A stretch of DNA of 64,000 nt from NCBI GenBank assembly GCA_965222225.1, contig CBDCTK010000002.1, forward strand, positions 512,001 to 576,000, written 5' to 3'. Every line of letters begins with the position of its first letter. Position 1 is the stretch's first letter. The position numbers were made by a program, and so were the translations under genes. The notes under the pieces are model-generated. The model had not been told where the DNA came from. It saw nothing but the letters and a program-made list of their open reading frames with translations, and searched no databases. Source of the DNA: Candidatus Poribacteria bacterium (GTDB lineage: Bacteria; Poribacteria; WGA-4E; JAJDTR01). Below are positions 22,601-31,562 of the stretch, one piece after another.

Positions 22601-24383
22601 CGGTGATTATTCGGCATCTGTGCAAGAATACCAATATATCATCGAACATGCAGAGGATGACGATTTGAAGGGACGATCATACTTTGCAATGGCGTATGTC
22701 CTTGGCGCGCAACTGAAACAGTATGACGATGCATTGCTAGGATATCAGAATGCCATTCAACTGGCGAAAGATCCCGTTGTTCAGGCGCAATCGTACTATC
22801 GGTCAGGCTTAATTTATCAAGAGAAACTGAAAGAACTGGATGAAGCAGTTGACCAGTACGAAGCGCTCGTAAAGGGTTATACCGCGTCAACCAATTCGAA
22901 TATCAACGCAATGGTCGCTGATGCGGGATTGCGGAAATCGGATCTTTACGCGAAACTTGGGCGATTGGATTATGCGATTACCGACGCAGTGGAGACTTGG
23001 AAGCGAACGATTGAAAATCCGAACTCGACAGTTCCGCAAAAAGTCTCATCGCAATACAACTTGGGTTTCCTGTACTTTGACAAGGCACGGAGTTTATTCT
23101 CCAATGCTCCAGGAACCGACTTGCAGCCCTACATTGACGTCAGTCGGCAGTCTGCAAATGCTTATTTTGCAGTGAGCAAGGCTGCCCAGCCGATTGAAAA
23201 AGCGGACAATAACACGGTAATTCCATACGTTCAAAATTCGCTGTTCCAAGCTGGACAACTGCTCTATTCTCTTGGTTCAGGCATTAAACTCCCGGAGGAT
23301 TTGCATAACTGTCTTCCGCCGTTGACGCAATTCGTGGAGTATGCGGATATAGGAATCTTTCCGGCGTCGCAGGATCTTAGCAACAACGTCGAAACCGCAT
23401 TGACCTATACCGGATCCACTTACTTCGAATTGGGCCGATTGCAACTTGGCATTGATAACGAACTATCGGAAGCGGCAATTGATTACTTCTTGAAGGCAGG
23501 CGAGGCGTTCAAAAATCTCGTTAAACGTTCCCCCAGTGCAAAAGATACTCCGTTATGGCAATATCAAGCGGGGGAGTCGTACTTCGCGGCTCAGGAATAT
23601 GAAACTGCTATCGCCGAGTACGGAAAGGTACGATCCATCAACCCGAATCATGAGAGCGCCCCTGAGGCACTATATGCAATGGCTACTTGCTATAACGGTC
23701 TCGCCACCAATGCGGAGCTGGCGAACGATCCGGTTGCATTGGACGAGTGGCACGCAAAGTTGTATTCGGTCAACGAGATACTTGTGCAAAATTACCCAAA
23801 CAGCCCTTATACGGCTGATGCCCTCATCAACTTGGGTAATAGGTATTTCAACGACGGATCGTCGGAAGACATTGAGAAAGTGGAGCGCATACGTCTGTAC
23901 ATACTGGCAATCAACTACTATCAACAAGCAATTGATACGCCGGGCATCAGCGCCGCTTCCAAGAGCACTGCTCAGGCTTATCGGAAGGACACATCGGCGG
24001 CACTGGCTGCTGACGTCTATATTCAAGTTACTTCGAATTTCGACAGGGCTAAAGTTGCCGACAAATCCCTACAGAAAGCTGCAATTGAGAGTGTCATTGC
24101 GGAATTTCAAGGTATTGTTAAGACCTATGCCAATACAAAGTATGCAGATCTCTCTTTTGTCCAACTAGGTGAAGCATATATGATTCTTGCCGACGAAGAG
24201 GACGAATATTGGAACGATGCGCTCGATTACTTTGATAAGCTGTGGGTAAAGTATACGGAAGCGCCGCCTGTGGATGCGCAAGTTGCTAGAGCGTTGCGAT
24301 ATGCACAAAGTCAAGTTTCGATGATTACGTCCTTCATGCAGTCAAACAATATTCATATTCGCACGACCGGTGGTGGCGAGTAG
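19689..24383 (+). CDS. 1564-aa membrane-anchored TPR protein (BamD/CpoB-like repeats)
   Basis: N-terminal hydrophobic anchor; many AxYxIG...Y..A...F..l...yP.S repeats. Confidence 0.9.
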   Translation: MDPKLLGALGGIALVAILLWPSGSSKKVERLFNEGEQLYGQSDYEQAISKYGEALEESTEWGVKTEVIDKDFPTLAKYKIAVCYSKLAEQTEDVSYYDSALENIEEVHPTATVAKHLEGLTYLWGHVLYKQEKYELAEPKFHALINNHPNSLFVENAWYAIGQLNYKLEGYEDSRAAFKHVVDEFPNSTFRDDAQHLIAQGFLNERNYEQASAEFDKLATEDYKNYQDLQAEAMYKAAYCMNQLGRDDDAIGRYTNFITKFPNSQYVTAAYFDQGAIYAKQKDYENARVNYELALQNTEDRSLQAEIRSAIGRTYYDQEDYENAVVAYKELLDEYPESEFIAEARLGIADSYYKLSNWSDAAAGYELVINEHPDQLDFIPYCSYQIGGAYYEIGSNLVKSGDEAQAAENLEIALKWYQKTIDEYPADPVAPHALYGAIWALNDLNRKEELEAIAQKFIEQNRADPEMDILAAEVQLKFADIKFNDFKRYEEAADEYAKLWAYPPLPKFHRLKLIGKFQEGQAYYKAALPADFHEGNPTEGVTFKSDLLDKSVKAYEDAVNAFKDSVFRIGVEDGRYDDFAERVEQVEACTMNQALAYEKLGDWGKARELYAAIPDLSGNYEQAQLLIAQSHIKEGNPSAAIDIYNSIMGILSADNRSLAEIKLADLLRAEERFAEAAEQYGNVVANNPSGEYADDAQYLIGLCYYKAAADDPAILDNSVTAFEMMIADYGDSPNAIEAYYGLALAYRDIALKRGDASQWPNVVSTVDRANEKYADSENQTIQKTLGHIDLVKATAIEKQGIESDEQRESLVVSLRRIVNNKAAPQDARTRAQLKIGHLYYGAKDYANALTEYQMFVQMFPDAGELFTNALYQAAVCHYQQAEAADDEATKQLAYQNAANTAAKVIENSSEVNDKISASYTLGLARLGANDNKRAVEAFRQTTSYEGQTEDKDRQKLISQAHSRLAELNTAIGDYSASVQEYQYIIEHAEDDDLKGRSYFAMAYVLGAQLKQYDDALLGYQNAIQLAKDPVVQAQSYYRSGLIYQEKLKELDEAVDQYEALVKGYTASTNSNINAMVADAGLRKSDLYAKLGRLDYAITDAVETWKRTIENPNSTVPQKVSSQYNLGFLYFDKARSLFSNAPGTDLQPYIDVSRQSANAYFAVSKAAQPIEKADNNTVIPYVQNSLFQAGQLLYSLGSGIKLPEDLHNCLPPLTQFVEYADIGIFPASQDLSNNVETALTYTGSTYFELGRLQLGIDNELSEAAIDYFLKAGEAFKNLVKRSPSAKDTPLWQYQAGESYFAAQEYETAIAEYGKVRSINPNHESAPEALYAMATCYNGLATNAELANDPVALDEWHAKLYSVNEILVQNYPNSPYTADALINLGNRYFNDGSSEDIEKVERIRLYILAINYYQQAIDTPGISAASKSTAQAYRKDTSAALAADVYIQVTSNFDRAKVADKSLQKAAIESVIAEFQGIVKTYANTKYADLSFVQLGEAYMILADEEDEYWNDALDYFDKLWVKYTEAPPVDAQVARALRYAQSQVSMITSFMQSNNIHIRTTGGGE

Positions 24384-24402
24384 TTTCGACCGTGCGCATA
24401 AG

Positions 24403-24434
24403 TTGTAGGGAACGCTAATCTGCGTTCCCTACAA
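24403..24434. repeat. 13-bp perfect inverted repeat (GTAG-REP; possible terminator role)
   Basis: TTGTAGGGAACGC-taatct-GCGTTCCCTACAA just after the TPR stop. Confidence 0.7.
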
Positions 24435-24806
24435 TGCGTACCACTATTCCTTGGAGTCCGATTATGGATTGTCAAGTTTGAGAGAGTTTATCGCGGATCT
24501 CCGTGTCCTGACCGAGGCATCGAATATGTGACTTCTTCGGAAATGATAGTCGATAGTGAAAGCCCACGAGGGATGTTCCCACCTCTCGTATCCTCAAAGC
24601 CCCACGTAATCTGAAGGAGCTTTGCTTCCCGCCACTGTTCCTCGTGATGTGGCTCTTCTCACCTAACTTCCTATTTTTTCACACCGACCGCAGTACCTAT
24701 TTCCACGGAAAGGAAAGTTTTCTCCATACAAGAAGCTAAGAAGCGCACATATTCGTGATGATAGGATAGCCCTCTCGAATAATACACGACCCAGGTCAGG
24801 GTTTTC

Positions 24807-25718
24807 GTGTTTCCAAATCTCGATTTCTCCTTTTCTTTCGGCGAGTTTGCGGCATTGTCCTGCGCCTTTGTGTGGGCAGGCAGCAATCTCGTTCTTCAAA
24901 CACAATCGCAGAAGATTCCGTTGCTACTCATGAATGTGGCTCGCTACGCAACGGGCACGCTCTTCTTTTGGGTGATGCTACCGTTTGATGATCCACTTGC
25001 GATATTCCGACAGGTGCCCGCGCGCGAATGGGCGGCAGTGTTTGGCTCAATGTTGGTTGGTGTGTGTATTGGCGACACGATATTTCTTCTTGCCATTAGA
25101 GAGATTGGCGCTTCACACGCATCGGCAATGGGCAGCATCCAGCCGCTAACCACTCTGTTTTTCGAATGGTTATTGCTTAGGTCGCCGGTTAGTTGGACCT
25201 TGTTTGTCGGAAGTTGCTTCGTCGTCCTAGGGGTGGTCTGTTTGTCTCGAGGGCCCGGGAATAACTCAAAGGCTTCCTACATGCCTCAAACCGGGAAGAG
25301 ATTCACAATTGGAATACCGCTTGCATTGTTGACCGCCTTACTCTGGGGATTGAGCACGGTTTTCCTCAAAGCGGGACTTGCCAGCCTTACGCCAATTCAG
25401 GTGAACAGCGTTCGTCTGCCATTCGTCACGATTATTCTCTACACGACATGGGCTTTCAGCGGGAAGAAAACCAACAAATTGCATACATCGTCGCTCTTGT
25501 TGATTGCCAGCACCGGGCTATTCAGCATGGGCCTCGGTTCGTTACTGTACTTAATCGCCCTAGCCAAGATTGGACCTTCCAAAACGTCCGCACTTATATC
25601 AACTTCACCTGTCTTTAGCTTGATTATGGCATTGGTCTTTCTGAAGGAGAAGATTAGTCTTCGGCTTGCGTTGGGTGTGGGACTCTGTGTTGCCGGGGTA
25701 TGGTGGGTTTCAGTATGA
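24807..25718 (+). CDS. DMT/EamA family transporter
   Basis: About 10 hydrophobic segments; AIREIGAS / ALAKIGPS...STSPVF...FLKE repeats. Confidence 0.9.
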   Translation: MFPNLDFSFSFGEFAALSCAFVWAGSNLVLQTQSQKIPLLLMNVARYATGTLFFWVMLPFDDPLAIFRQVPAREWAAVFGSMLVGVCIGDTIFLLAIREIGASHASAMGSIQPLTTLFFEWLLLRSPVSWTLFVGSCFVVLGVVCLSRGPGNNSKASYMPQTGKRFTIGIPLALLTALLWGLSTVFLKAGLASLTPIQVNSVRLPFVTIILYTTWAFSGKKTNKLHTSSLLLIASTGLFSMGLGSLLYLIALAKIGPSKTSALISTSPVFSLIMALVFLKEKISLRLALGVGLCVAGVWWVSV

Positions 25719-26034
25719 ATCGAAATCGGGTGCTGCCGTATACTTTGGGTTAGTTTTTTCTTGTTCATTACCTTGGATCGTAGTATACTTCAAACAATAT
25801 TGATATCCGTAGATTTCCAGCCGTTTTCCGATTTGATTGGGTTTTAGCAAACACTTGTAATACCGTTTTTGTTATATTTGACCTACTATCTGCCAACCTT
25901 GAATCAGGTGGCACTATTGTAGGTGTCGTGGAAGGACCGTTGCGCAAGCGTGATTTTCGGGGCCTCCGAGACAACCCTCTCCATTCCAAATCGGGATCTG
26001 ATGACACTATCCGGACAATATGGAGAACCTATTT

Positions 26035-26922
26035 ATGAGCGAATTCCGAGGCGTATTCCCTGCGGTGGCGACTCCCATGACACCCGGAGGAAAATTGAAC
26101 GAAGCCGCGTTTCGTCAGATGATTGAATTTAACATCGAAGCCGGGGTTGATGGTTTCTGGGTTGCCGGGGGTAGTGGTGAAAGCGTTCTACTTGATGACG
26201 AGGAGAACAATCGCGTTGCGGAGGTGGTATCCGATCAGAATCAAGACAGAATCAAGAACATCATGCACGTTGGGGCGCCTACCACCCAGCGAGCTGCCAA
26301 GATGGCTGAACATGCAGCCCGCGCCGGTGTAGAAGCCATCTGCTGTGTGCCCCCTTTCTTCTACAGACGCCCGCATGCGGAAATCGTAGAACACTATCGC
26401 ATCGTAGGCGCAGCCACTGACCTTCCATTATTCGTATATAATCTTCCCGGTTCAACCGGGGTGGAGATCACTCCCGACTTAATGAAGCGTATTCAGGATG
26501 GGGTTCCGCAACTTGTCGGGCTAAAACATTCCTCCGTTAACTTTTATAATGTCCGTGCCTTCGTGAAGATGGGGCTTTTTTGCTTAATCGGAAACTCGCG
26601 ATTGATGTTGCCCGCACTAACGATAGGAGCGGTTGGTTGCGTGGATGGTCCTCCAAGTCTCGCACCTGAAATTTGGGTGGAGATTTGGCAAGCATATCAG
26701 GTTGGCGACTTGAAACGTGCTGAAGTGGCTCAGGATAGAGGCAGTGCGTTGGCTGATGCGCTCTTTTCGTGCGGTGAGTTCCATGCAGTTCTCAAGGCTA
26801 CAATGGCTGAACGACTTGGAATTGATTGTGGCCCACCACGTCCGCCCGGCTTGCCTTTGACTGCGGAACAACACGCAGCGTTAAAGAAGGTAATCGCCGA
26901 ACACGGCATAGCAGCTCATTAG
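26035..26922 (+). CDS. DHDPS/NanA-family class I aldolase
   Basis: ATPM, GGSGE, PPFFY, YNLP, GLKHS Schiff-base Lys; start after GGAG. Confidence 0.9.
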   Translation: MSEFRGVFPAVATPMTPGGKLNEAAFRQMIEFNIEAGVDGFWVAGGSGESVLLDDEENNRVAEVVSDQNQDRIKNIMHVGAPTTQRAAKMAEHAARAGVEAICCVPPFFYRRPHAEIVEHYRIVGAATDLPLFVYNLPGSTGVEITPDLMKRIQDGVPQLVGLKHSSVNFYNVRAFVKMGLFCLIGNSRLMLPALTIGAVGCVDGPPSLAPEIWVEIWQAYQVGDLKRAEVAQDRGSALADALFSCGEFHAVLKATMAERLGIDCGPPRPPGLPLTAEQHAALKKVIAEHGIAAH

Positions 26923-27127
26923 TTGCGTTACGCATTGTCAGCGCTATCATAGTCCGAACGAGATTTTTTGTCCCGTCTAATTCCTTGGCTAACCATCCGA
27001 TGCCCGAATTGAGCACCGACTAAGGCGAGTCGCGAAGCAGAAAAAGACTCACATTACTTGGAATTTCAATTCCTGACACATTAACCTTGATGCTGAATGG
27101 GTTCAGTCAGAACCAATCCTTGACAAC

Positions 27128-27922
27128 ATGAAAGCAAACAAAATCAAAGCAACTTTACAAAACGGAGAAGTTTTAGTCGGTACTTTTGTGATGCAGTTTG
27201 CCGTACCATCAATTGCGACCATCCTTTCGAGCGCCGGGGCAGATTATGTCATTGTTGATATGGAACACACAGCCTTCACCATGGAAACGGTCGGAAGCAT
27301 CGTAAGGGCGGCGCGTGGATCAGATCTTCCCAGCATTGTCCGGGTGCCGGCAATTGAGCGGCACTTTATCTCAAGAGCGCTTGATGTGGGTGCCTCCGGC
27401 GTGATGATTCCTTGTGTGGAATCCGCTGAAGATGTGAAGAAGGTTGTGAAGAGCGCGAAGTATGCCCCCGAAGGGAATAGAGGTGTCGCGTTCGGCGTGG
27501 GACACGACGATTTTGGTGATTTTCGGAAATTGGATGGTGTCAGTTACATCGCTCAAGCAAACCGGGAAATCTTCCTTATTGGACAAATTGAAACCGTTAG
27601 AGGCGTGGAGAATATTGACGAAATCCTTGCTGCTGGTGGACTTGATGGGATATTCATTGGGCCTTATGACTTATCAACATCAATGGGAATCGCGGGCCAA
27701 CTAGACCATCCGAGAATGGTCGAAAGCATCGAAATGGTAATAGCCAAAGTGAAGGCGCATGGTGTTGTGCTTGGTAGCTATGTCAATGATTATGAGAGCG
27801 GAAAACGTTGGTTGGAGGCGGGCGTGCAATTGGTAGCCTGTGGAAACGATGCTTTCTTATTTACGTGTAAATTCGCGGAGGAGAACGAGAAGTTTAAGCG
27901 TCATAATTCAACTGCGAAATAA
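27128..27922 (+). CDS. HpcH/HpaI (GarL-like) class II aldolase
   Basis: VDMEH, LDVGASGVMIP, YAPEGNRG, QIET, FIGPYDLS. Confidence 0.92.
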   Translation: MKANKIKATLQNGEVLVGTFVMQFAVPSIATILSSAGADYVIVDMEHTAFTMETVGSIVRAARGSDLPSIVRVPAIERHFISRALDVGASGVMIPCVESAEDVKKVVKSAKYAPEGNRGVAFGVGHDDFGDFRKLDGVSYIAQANREIFLIGQIETVRGVENIDEILAAGGLDGIFIGPYDLSTSMGIAGQLDHPRMVESIEMVIAKVKAHGVVLGSYVNDYESGKRWLEAGVQLVACGNDAFLFTCKFAEENEKFKRHNSTAK

Positions 27923-28275
27923 AGTAATATGCCAATCGGAGGCGTTTCTAGATCTCAATGGTAGAGATAGCTTCAGTGTTACTCAAGAAGCAAACATGAT
28001 AGTATTCTGCGAGAGCCTTATACCGGGCTCTTGTAGGGAATAACGTGAGATCTCTTCTGGAGTTCTATCGCACTCGCTATTCACTCGCTTGATCTCACGG
28101 GATTGGACAAGGCAATTCTGCACGATTAGATCTCAATCGCAAACGTAGTTTCTTGGGACGAGAGCTTTAAAAGACTAACTCAAGACATATCTCCGATCGT
28201 TGTCAAGGAGAAGTGCCGCAATCCCGTGTTGGATAGGCGCGATCGACTCGGCAAGCAGGGAAGTAGAGACCAGAG

Positions 28276-29127
28276 ATGTACAACCTCAGCGGAAAAGTTG
28301 CCATCGTGACGGGTGCCGGGGGCGAGCATGGTATGGGCCGTGCAATCGCCAATCGGCTTGCCCAAGAAGGAGCGGATGTGGTCATTACGGACATTGTCAA
28401 CGATCCGTATTGCCATGATCCGGGGCGTTGGGGTGGTGCGTCTGCTGTCGTGCGTGAGATTGAGGAGAAAGGGCGCAGGTCGATGTGCGTTTTGACAGAT
28501 GTCGCCAACGCCAATCAGGTAGATAGCATGGTGCGGCAGGTGCTTGATCGGTTCGGCAGTATTGATATTCTGGTAAACAACGCCGGCGCGCGTCCGGGCC
28601 CGGATCGCGTGCCAGTAGTCGAGCTGGAGGAGGCAGCCTGGGACGAGGTACAGAACGTAAACTTAAAGGGGACTTTTCTTTGCTGTCGCGCAGTCTCACG
28701 TCACATGATTGATAGGGGAAAAGGTGGCAAAATCATCAACATGTCCTCGTCGTCAGGTAGGCATGGTCGCGCCCTTTTTGCGGCGTATTGCGCGTCAAAG
28801 TTCGGCGTGAGAGGTTTTACCCAATCTCTCGCACAGGAACTCGCGTCCCATCATATAAACGTCAACGCTATCTGTCCAGGTTTTGTGGATACTGAACGAG
28901 TAGGCTATATTCTTGAGGCAACATCTTCTGAGGAAATATCGGCAGAATCTTGGCGTACAAGCAAACATCGCCAGGCGTTTATCCAAGAGCGGGCACGGAA
29001 TATCCCTTTAGGGCGGATGGCGCAGCCTGCCGATATTGCCACGTTAGCGGCGTTTCTCGCTTCCTCTCAATCCGATTACCTTACCGGACTCTCCATTAAC
29101 ATTGATGGGGGCTCCGAGATGGATTGA
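28276..29127 (+). CDS. SDR family oxidoreductase
   Basis: TGAGGEHGMG, LVNNAG, YCASK, NAICPG. Confidence 0.94.
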   Translation: MYNLSGKVAIVTGAGGEHGMGRAIANRLAQEGADVVITDIVNDPYCHDPGRWGGASAVVREIEEKGRRSMCVLTDVANANQVDSMVRQVLDRFGSIDILVNNAGARPGPDRVPVVELEEAAWDEVQNVNLKGTFLCCRAVSRHMIDRGKGGKIINMSSSSGRHGRALFAAYCASKFGVRGFTQSLAQELASHHINVNAICPGFVDTERVGYILEATSSEEISAESWRTSKHRQAFIQERARNIPLGRMAQPADIATLAAFLASSQSDYLTGLSINIDGGSEMD

Positions 29128-29263
29128 TGATGCAAAAGGTAAAGGTAAACCGGCGTTCTATAAACAAATAATAATCGAGCCAAGCGAAACTAGGCTCACC
29201 GGAATAGGTTCCGTTGATGTCGTCAAGGCAAGTCAGATTGGCCTAGATCGTAGAACTCTCGCG

Positions 29264-30136
29264 CTAAGAGACTGAATCCCGTGATTCGTGTTCATCCGAA
29301 GATGGTGGGTTTGTCCCATCAGTGGTGTCAGATGTACCCACAGTGTAGTCTGTTGGAGGAGTCGCTTCAGGTTTCTCAGGAACTTCACTTGCTTCAACTG
29401 CTGCCTCGAGTTGGCGAATGCGGGTTAACAACTGATTGAACAACTTTTTCGAAGTTTCAGCCGCCTTCAACTCCGCCGAGAGTTGCGTCCACTGCTGTTC
29501 GGTCATGTCGTTTCGAGACTCAACCGCGTAACGACGCCTAACATAACTCCAAAAATCGGATCGCGCAATCCCCTGTTTTTCGAGCCGTCCCTCTAGTTTT
29601 GCCGAGAGTGCGAAAGCTGCTTTTTGTGCACCAGAAATCTTATCTTGCTGAGGCGTAGAGTCTGATTCGGTTTGGGGTTCTGCGGGAACCGCTTGGCGAT
29701 TCAGGTAGAAGTTGAGTACCTCTTTAATCACGTGCACGGGAATCAATTGCTTAATTGCGTTGCGTTGCGCTTTATGAATTGCTTTCGTGAAGGCGTGCGG
29801 ATCGGAACGATTCCCCATGGCCTTTACCTGTTCATAAGCTCCATAACGTGAAGAACCGGTCACGGTGTCGGTTGCCTTTGCAATTGCAAGCCATGAATGC
29901 TCCCGTTCCTCATAATCTACACTATCGATCTGAATTCCCCCTCTACGATTTGCAGCTTCGTTGATTCCTGCTAGTGTCAATCCTTCAACCGTCCGCCCGC
30001 CCTGCTTGAATGAGTAGACGTAATCCTCAATCGCCTGGCCCGTCATCATTTCAATAATTGCCCGATCGTCGACTTGGTCAAGAACTTCATATTCGGCTAC
30101 CCGAACCATCTCATTTTTATTTGATTCTTGCGTCAT
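29264..30136 (-). CDS. Hypothetical protein, possible Rad52/Sak-like ssDNA annealing protein
   Basis: GGGAGGAG RBS; AFTKAIHKAQRNAIKQL helix after beta strands; C-terminal helical domain and acidic tail. Confidence 0.55.
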   Translation of the reverse strand: MTQESNKNEMVRVAEYEVLDQVDDRAIIEMMTGQAIEDYVYSFKQGGRTVEGLTLAGINEAANRRGGIQIDSVDYEEREHSWLAIAKATDTVTGSSRYGAYEQVKAMGNRSDPHAFTKAIHKAQRNAIKQLIPVHVIKEVLNFYLNRQAVPAEPQTESDSTPQQDKISGAQKAAFALSAKLEGRLEKQGIARSDFWSYVRRRYAVESRNDMTEQQWTQLSAELKAAETSKKLFNQLLTRIRQLEAAVEASEVPEKPEATPPTDYTVGTSDTTDGTNPPSSDEHESRDSVS

Positions 30137-30366
30137 CGCTCCTCCCTATCCACATTCGAAATCATTGTAAACGAATCTTCACGAACTTTTCTAACCAAGG
30201 TTGGTTGAAACGGAAATTGTAACCTCAATCAAGGAAAATTGATGATACTTCACAACCCGCAGTGCTGACTAACAAAACGCGGTACCCTATCTTAAGAAGT
30301 ATTCCCAGTCACCGTTCCCATAACTTCGTCGCCTGTAGATACGGTTCTTAAGTTTCCGAGTTGGAA

Positions 30367-31215
30367 TTAAGATTCTGCCTCCTTTATAGCTTCTCTATCC
30401 GCAGTTGCCCACTCCGCCCAGCGTTCTTCATCGGGAGTCAGGAAGCCGGAATTACATCGTGCCTGAAGTTGATCGTCAACGCCAAGGAGCCGCATTGAGC
30501 GATGATCATTTCGGGCGCGAGCTTCACCGAGAAGTTGCTGGGTCAGCGGACCACTATGGTTATCCGTGTGTTTCAACCATGTGAGGTTGTAAAAGATGCT
30601 AAAAAAATATCGCAGCTTTCCATATGTTGACGTGTTCGGCGTTCCCGAATGCACTAGATTGACGTGTGTCATGACGACATCGCCGAGTTTCATGTTTATG
30701 ACTGCCTCATCGGGATGCGGCTTCGATCTGTCGTCGGGGGAAATTGTGAGAGAGCGGCGATGTGAACCGGGAATAACACGCAATGGTCCCATCTCATCGG
30801 TAAGTTCTTGAAGGTATGAAATGGCATTAATCGCATTGGGTCTTTCGTAAGTACTCCCTCGAGGAACTTGGCCCCATCGGTCTCTGTGCCAGCCTGAAAC
30901 TTTACCCTCTACCTCTTCTTTCGGGACGGGGTAGAAGACAGCAAGTGTCAAATTGTCAAGTTGGACAAAGGGGCCCATCACAAGCTCTGCAAAATCTACG
31001 ATAGTTGGGTGCGACACCGCGGGCCACATGAGTTTCGGAGCATATTCTAACATGTTCCCAAACCAGGTTCTTTTATCAAATTCAGCATATAATTGCTCGT
31101 GTCTTTCGCGCCACGCATTCATTTCGGCTTCACTGAAGAGGCTGGGGAAAATGGTGTAACCGTTCTTTTTGTAGAATTCGAGATGTACGCTATAATCGGT
31201 GCTCATTAACGACAT
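30367..31215 (-). CDS. Phytanoyl-CoA dioxygenase (PhyH) family
   Basis: FYKKNGY, GWHRD (HxD), GPLRVIPGSH, LVHSG. Confidence 0.9.
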   Translation of the reverse strand: MSLMSTDYSVHLEFYKKNGYTIFPSLFSEAEMNAWRERHEQLYAEFDKRTWFGNMLEYAPKLMWPAVSHPTIVDFAELVMGPFVQLDNLTLAVFYPVPKEEVEGKVSGWHRDRWGQVPRGSTYERPNAINAISYLQELTDEMGPLRVIPGSHRRSLTISPDDRSKPHPDEAVINMKLGDVVMTHVNLVHSGTPNTSTYGKLRYFFSIFYNLTWLKHTDNHSGPLTQQLLGEARARNDHRSMRLLGVDDQLQARCNSGFLTPDEERWAEWATADREAIKEAES

Positions 31216-31460
31216 GCCTCAAGGTGATTATCCGTAAAGCCGAGCGTCAAACGCGATTGACGAAACAGTACATAGAGAAGATTATGTACACCATTATAGC
31301 AAGAGCGCAGCGCTCAATCAATAAATTTCTTGAGTATGGAGCTATTGGAGATTAGAGGAAAACCCACGGGGTAACCGAGGCGATTGGCGTTCTCATCAGT
31401 TGAGGAAGTTCAACTGCCGCCTCACAGTTGCGTTATTCACCTTAACCGTCATGATACTTC

Positions 31461-31490
31461 TTGAATCCTTCAAACACCTGATGGTATAAT
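31461..31490 (+). promoter_or_regulatory. Putative sigma70 promoter
   Basis: TTGAAT-18nt-TATAAT with TGn extended -10. Confidence 0.55.
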
Positions 31491-31562
31491 GAGATATGGC
31501 TGGCGCTTAGACCGTTAAATGAATTTTCGCTAGCCTTCTTTTTTCTCAATGAAGTTTGATTT

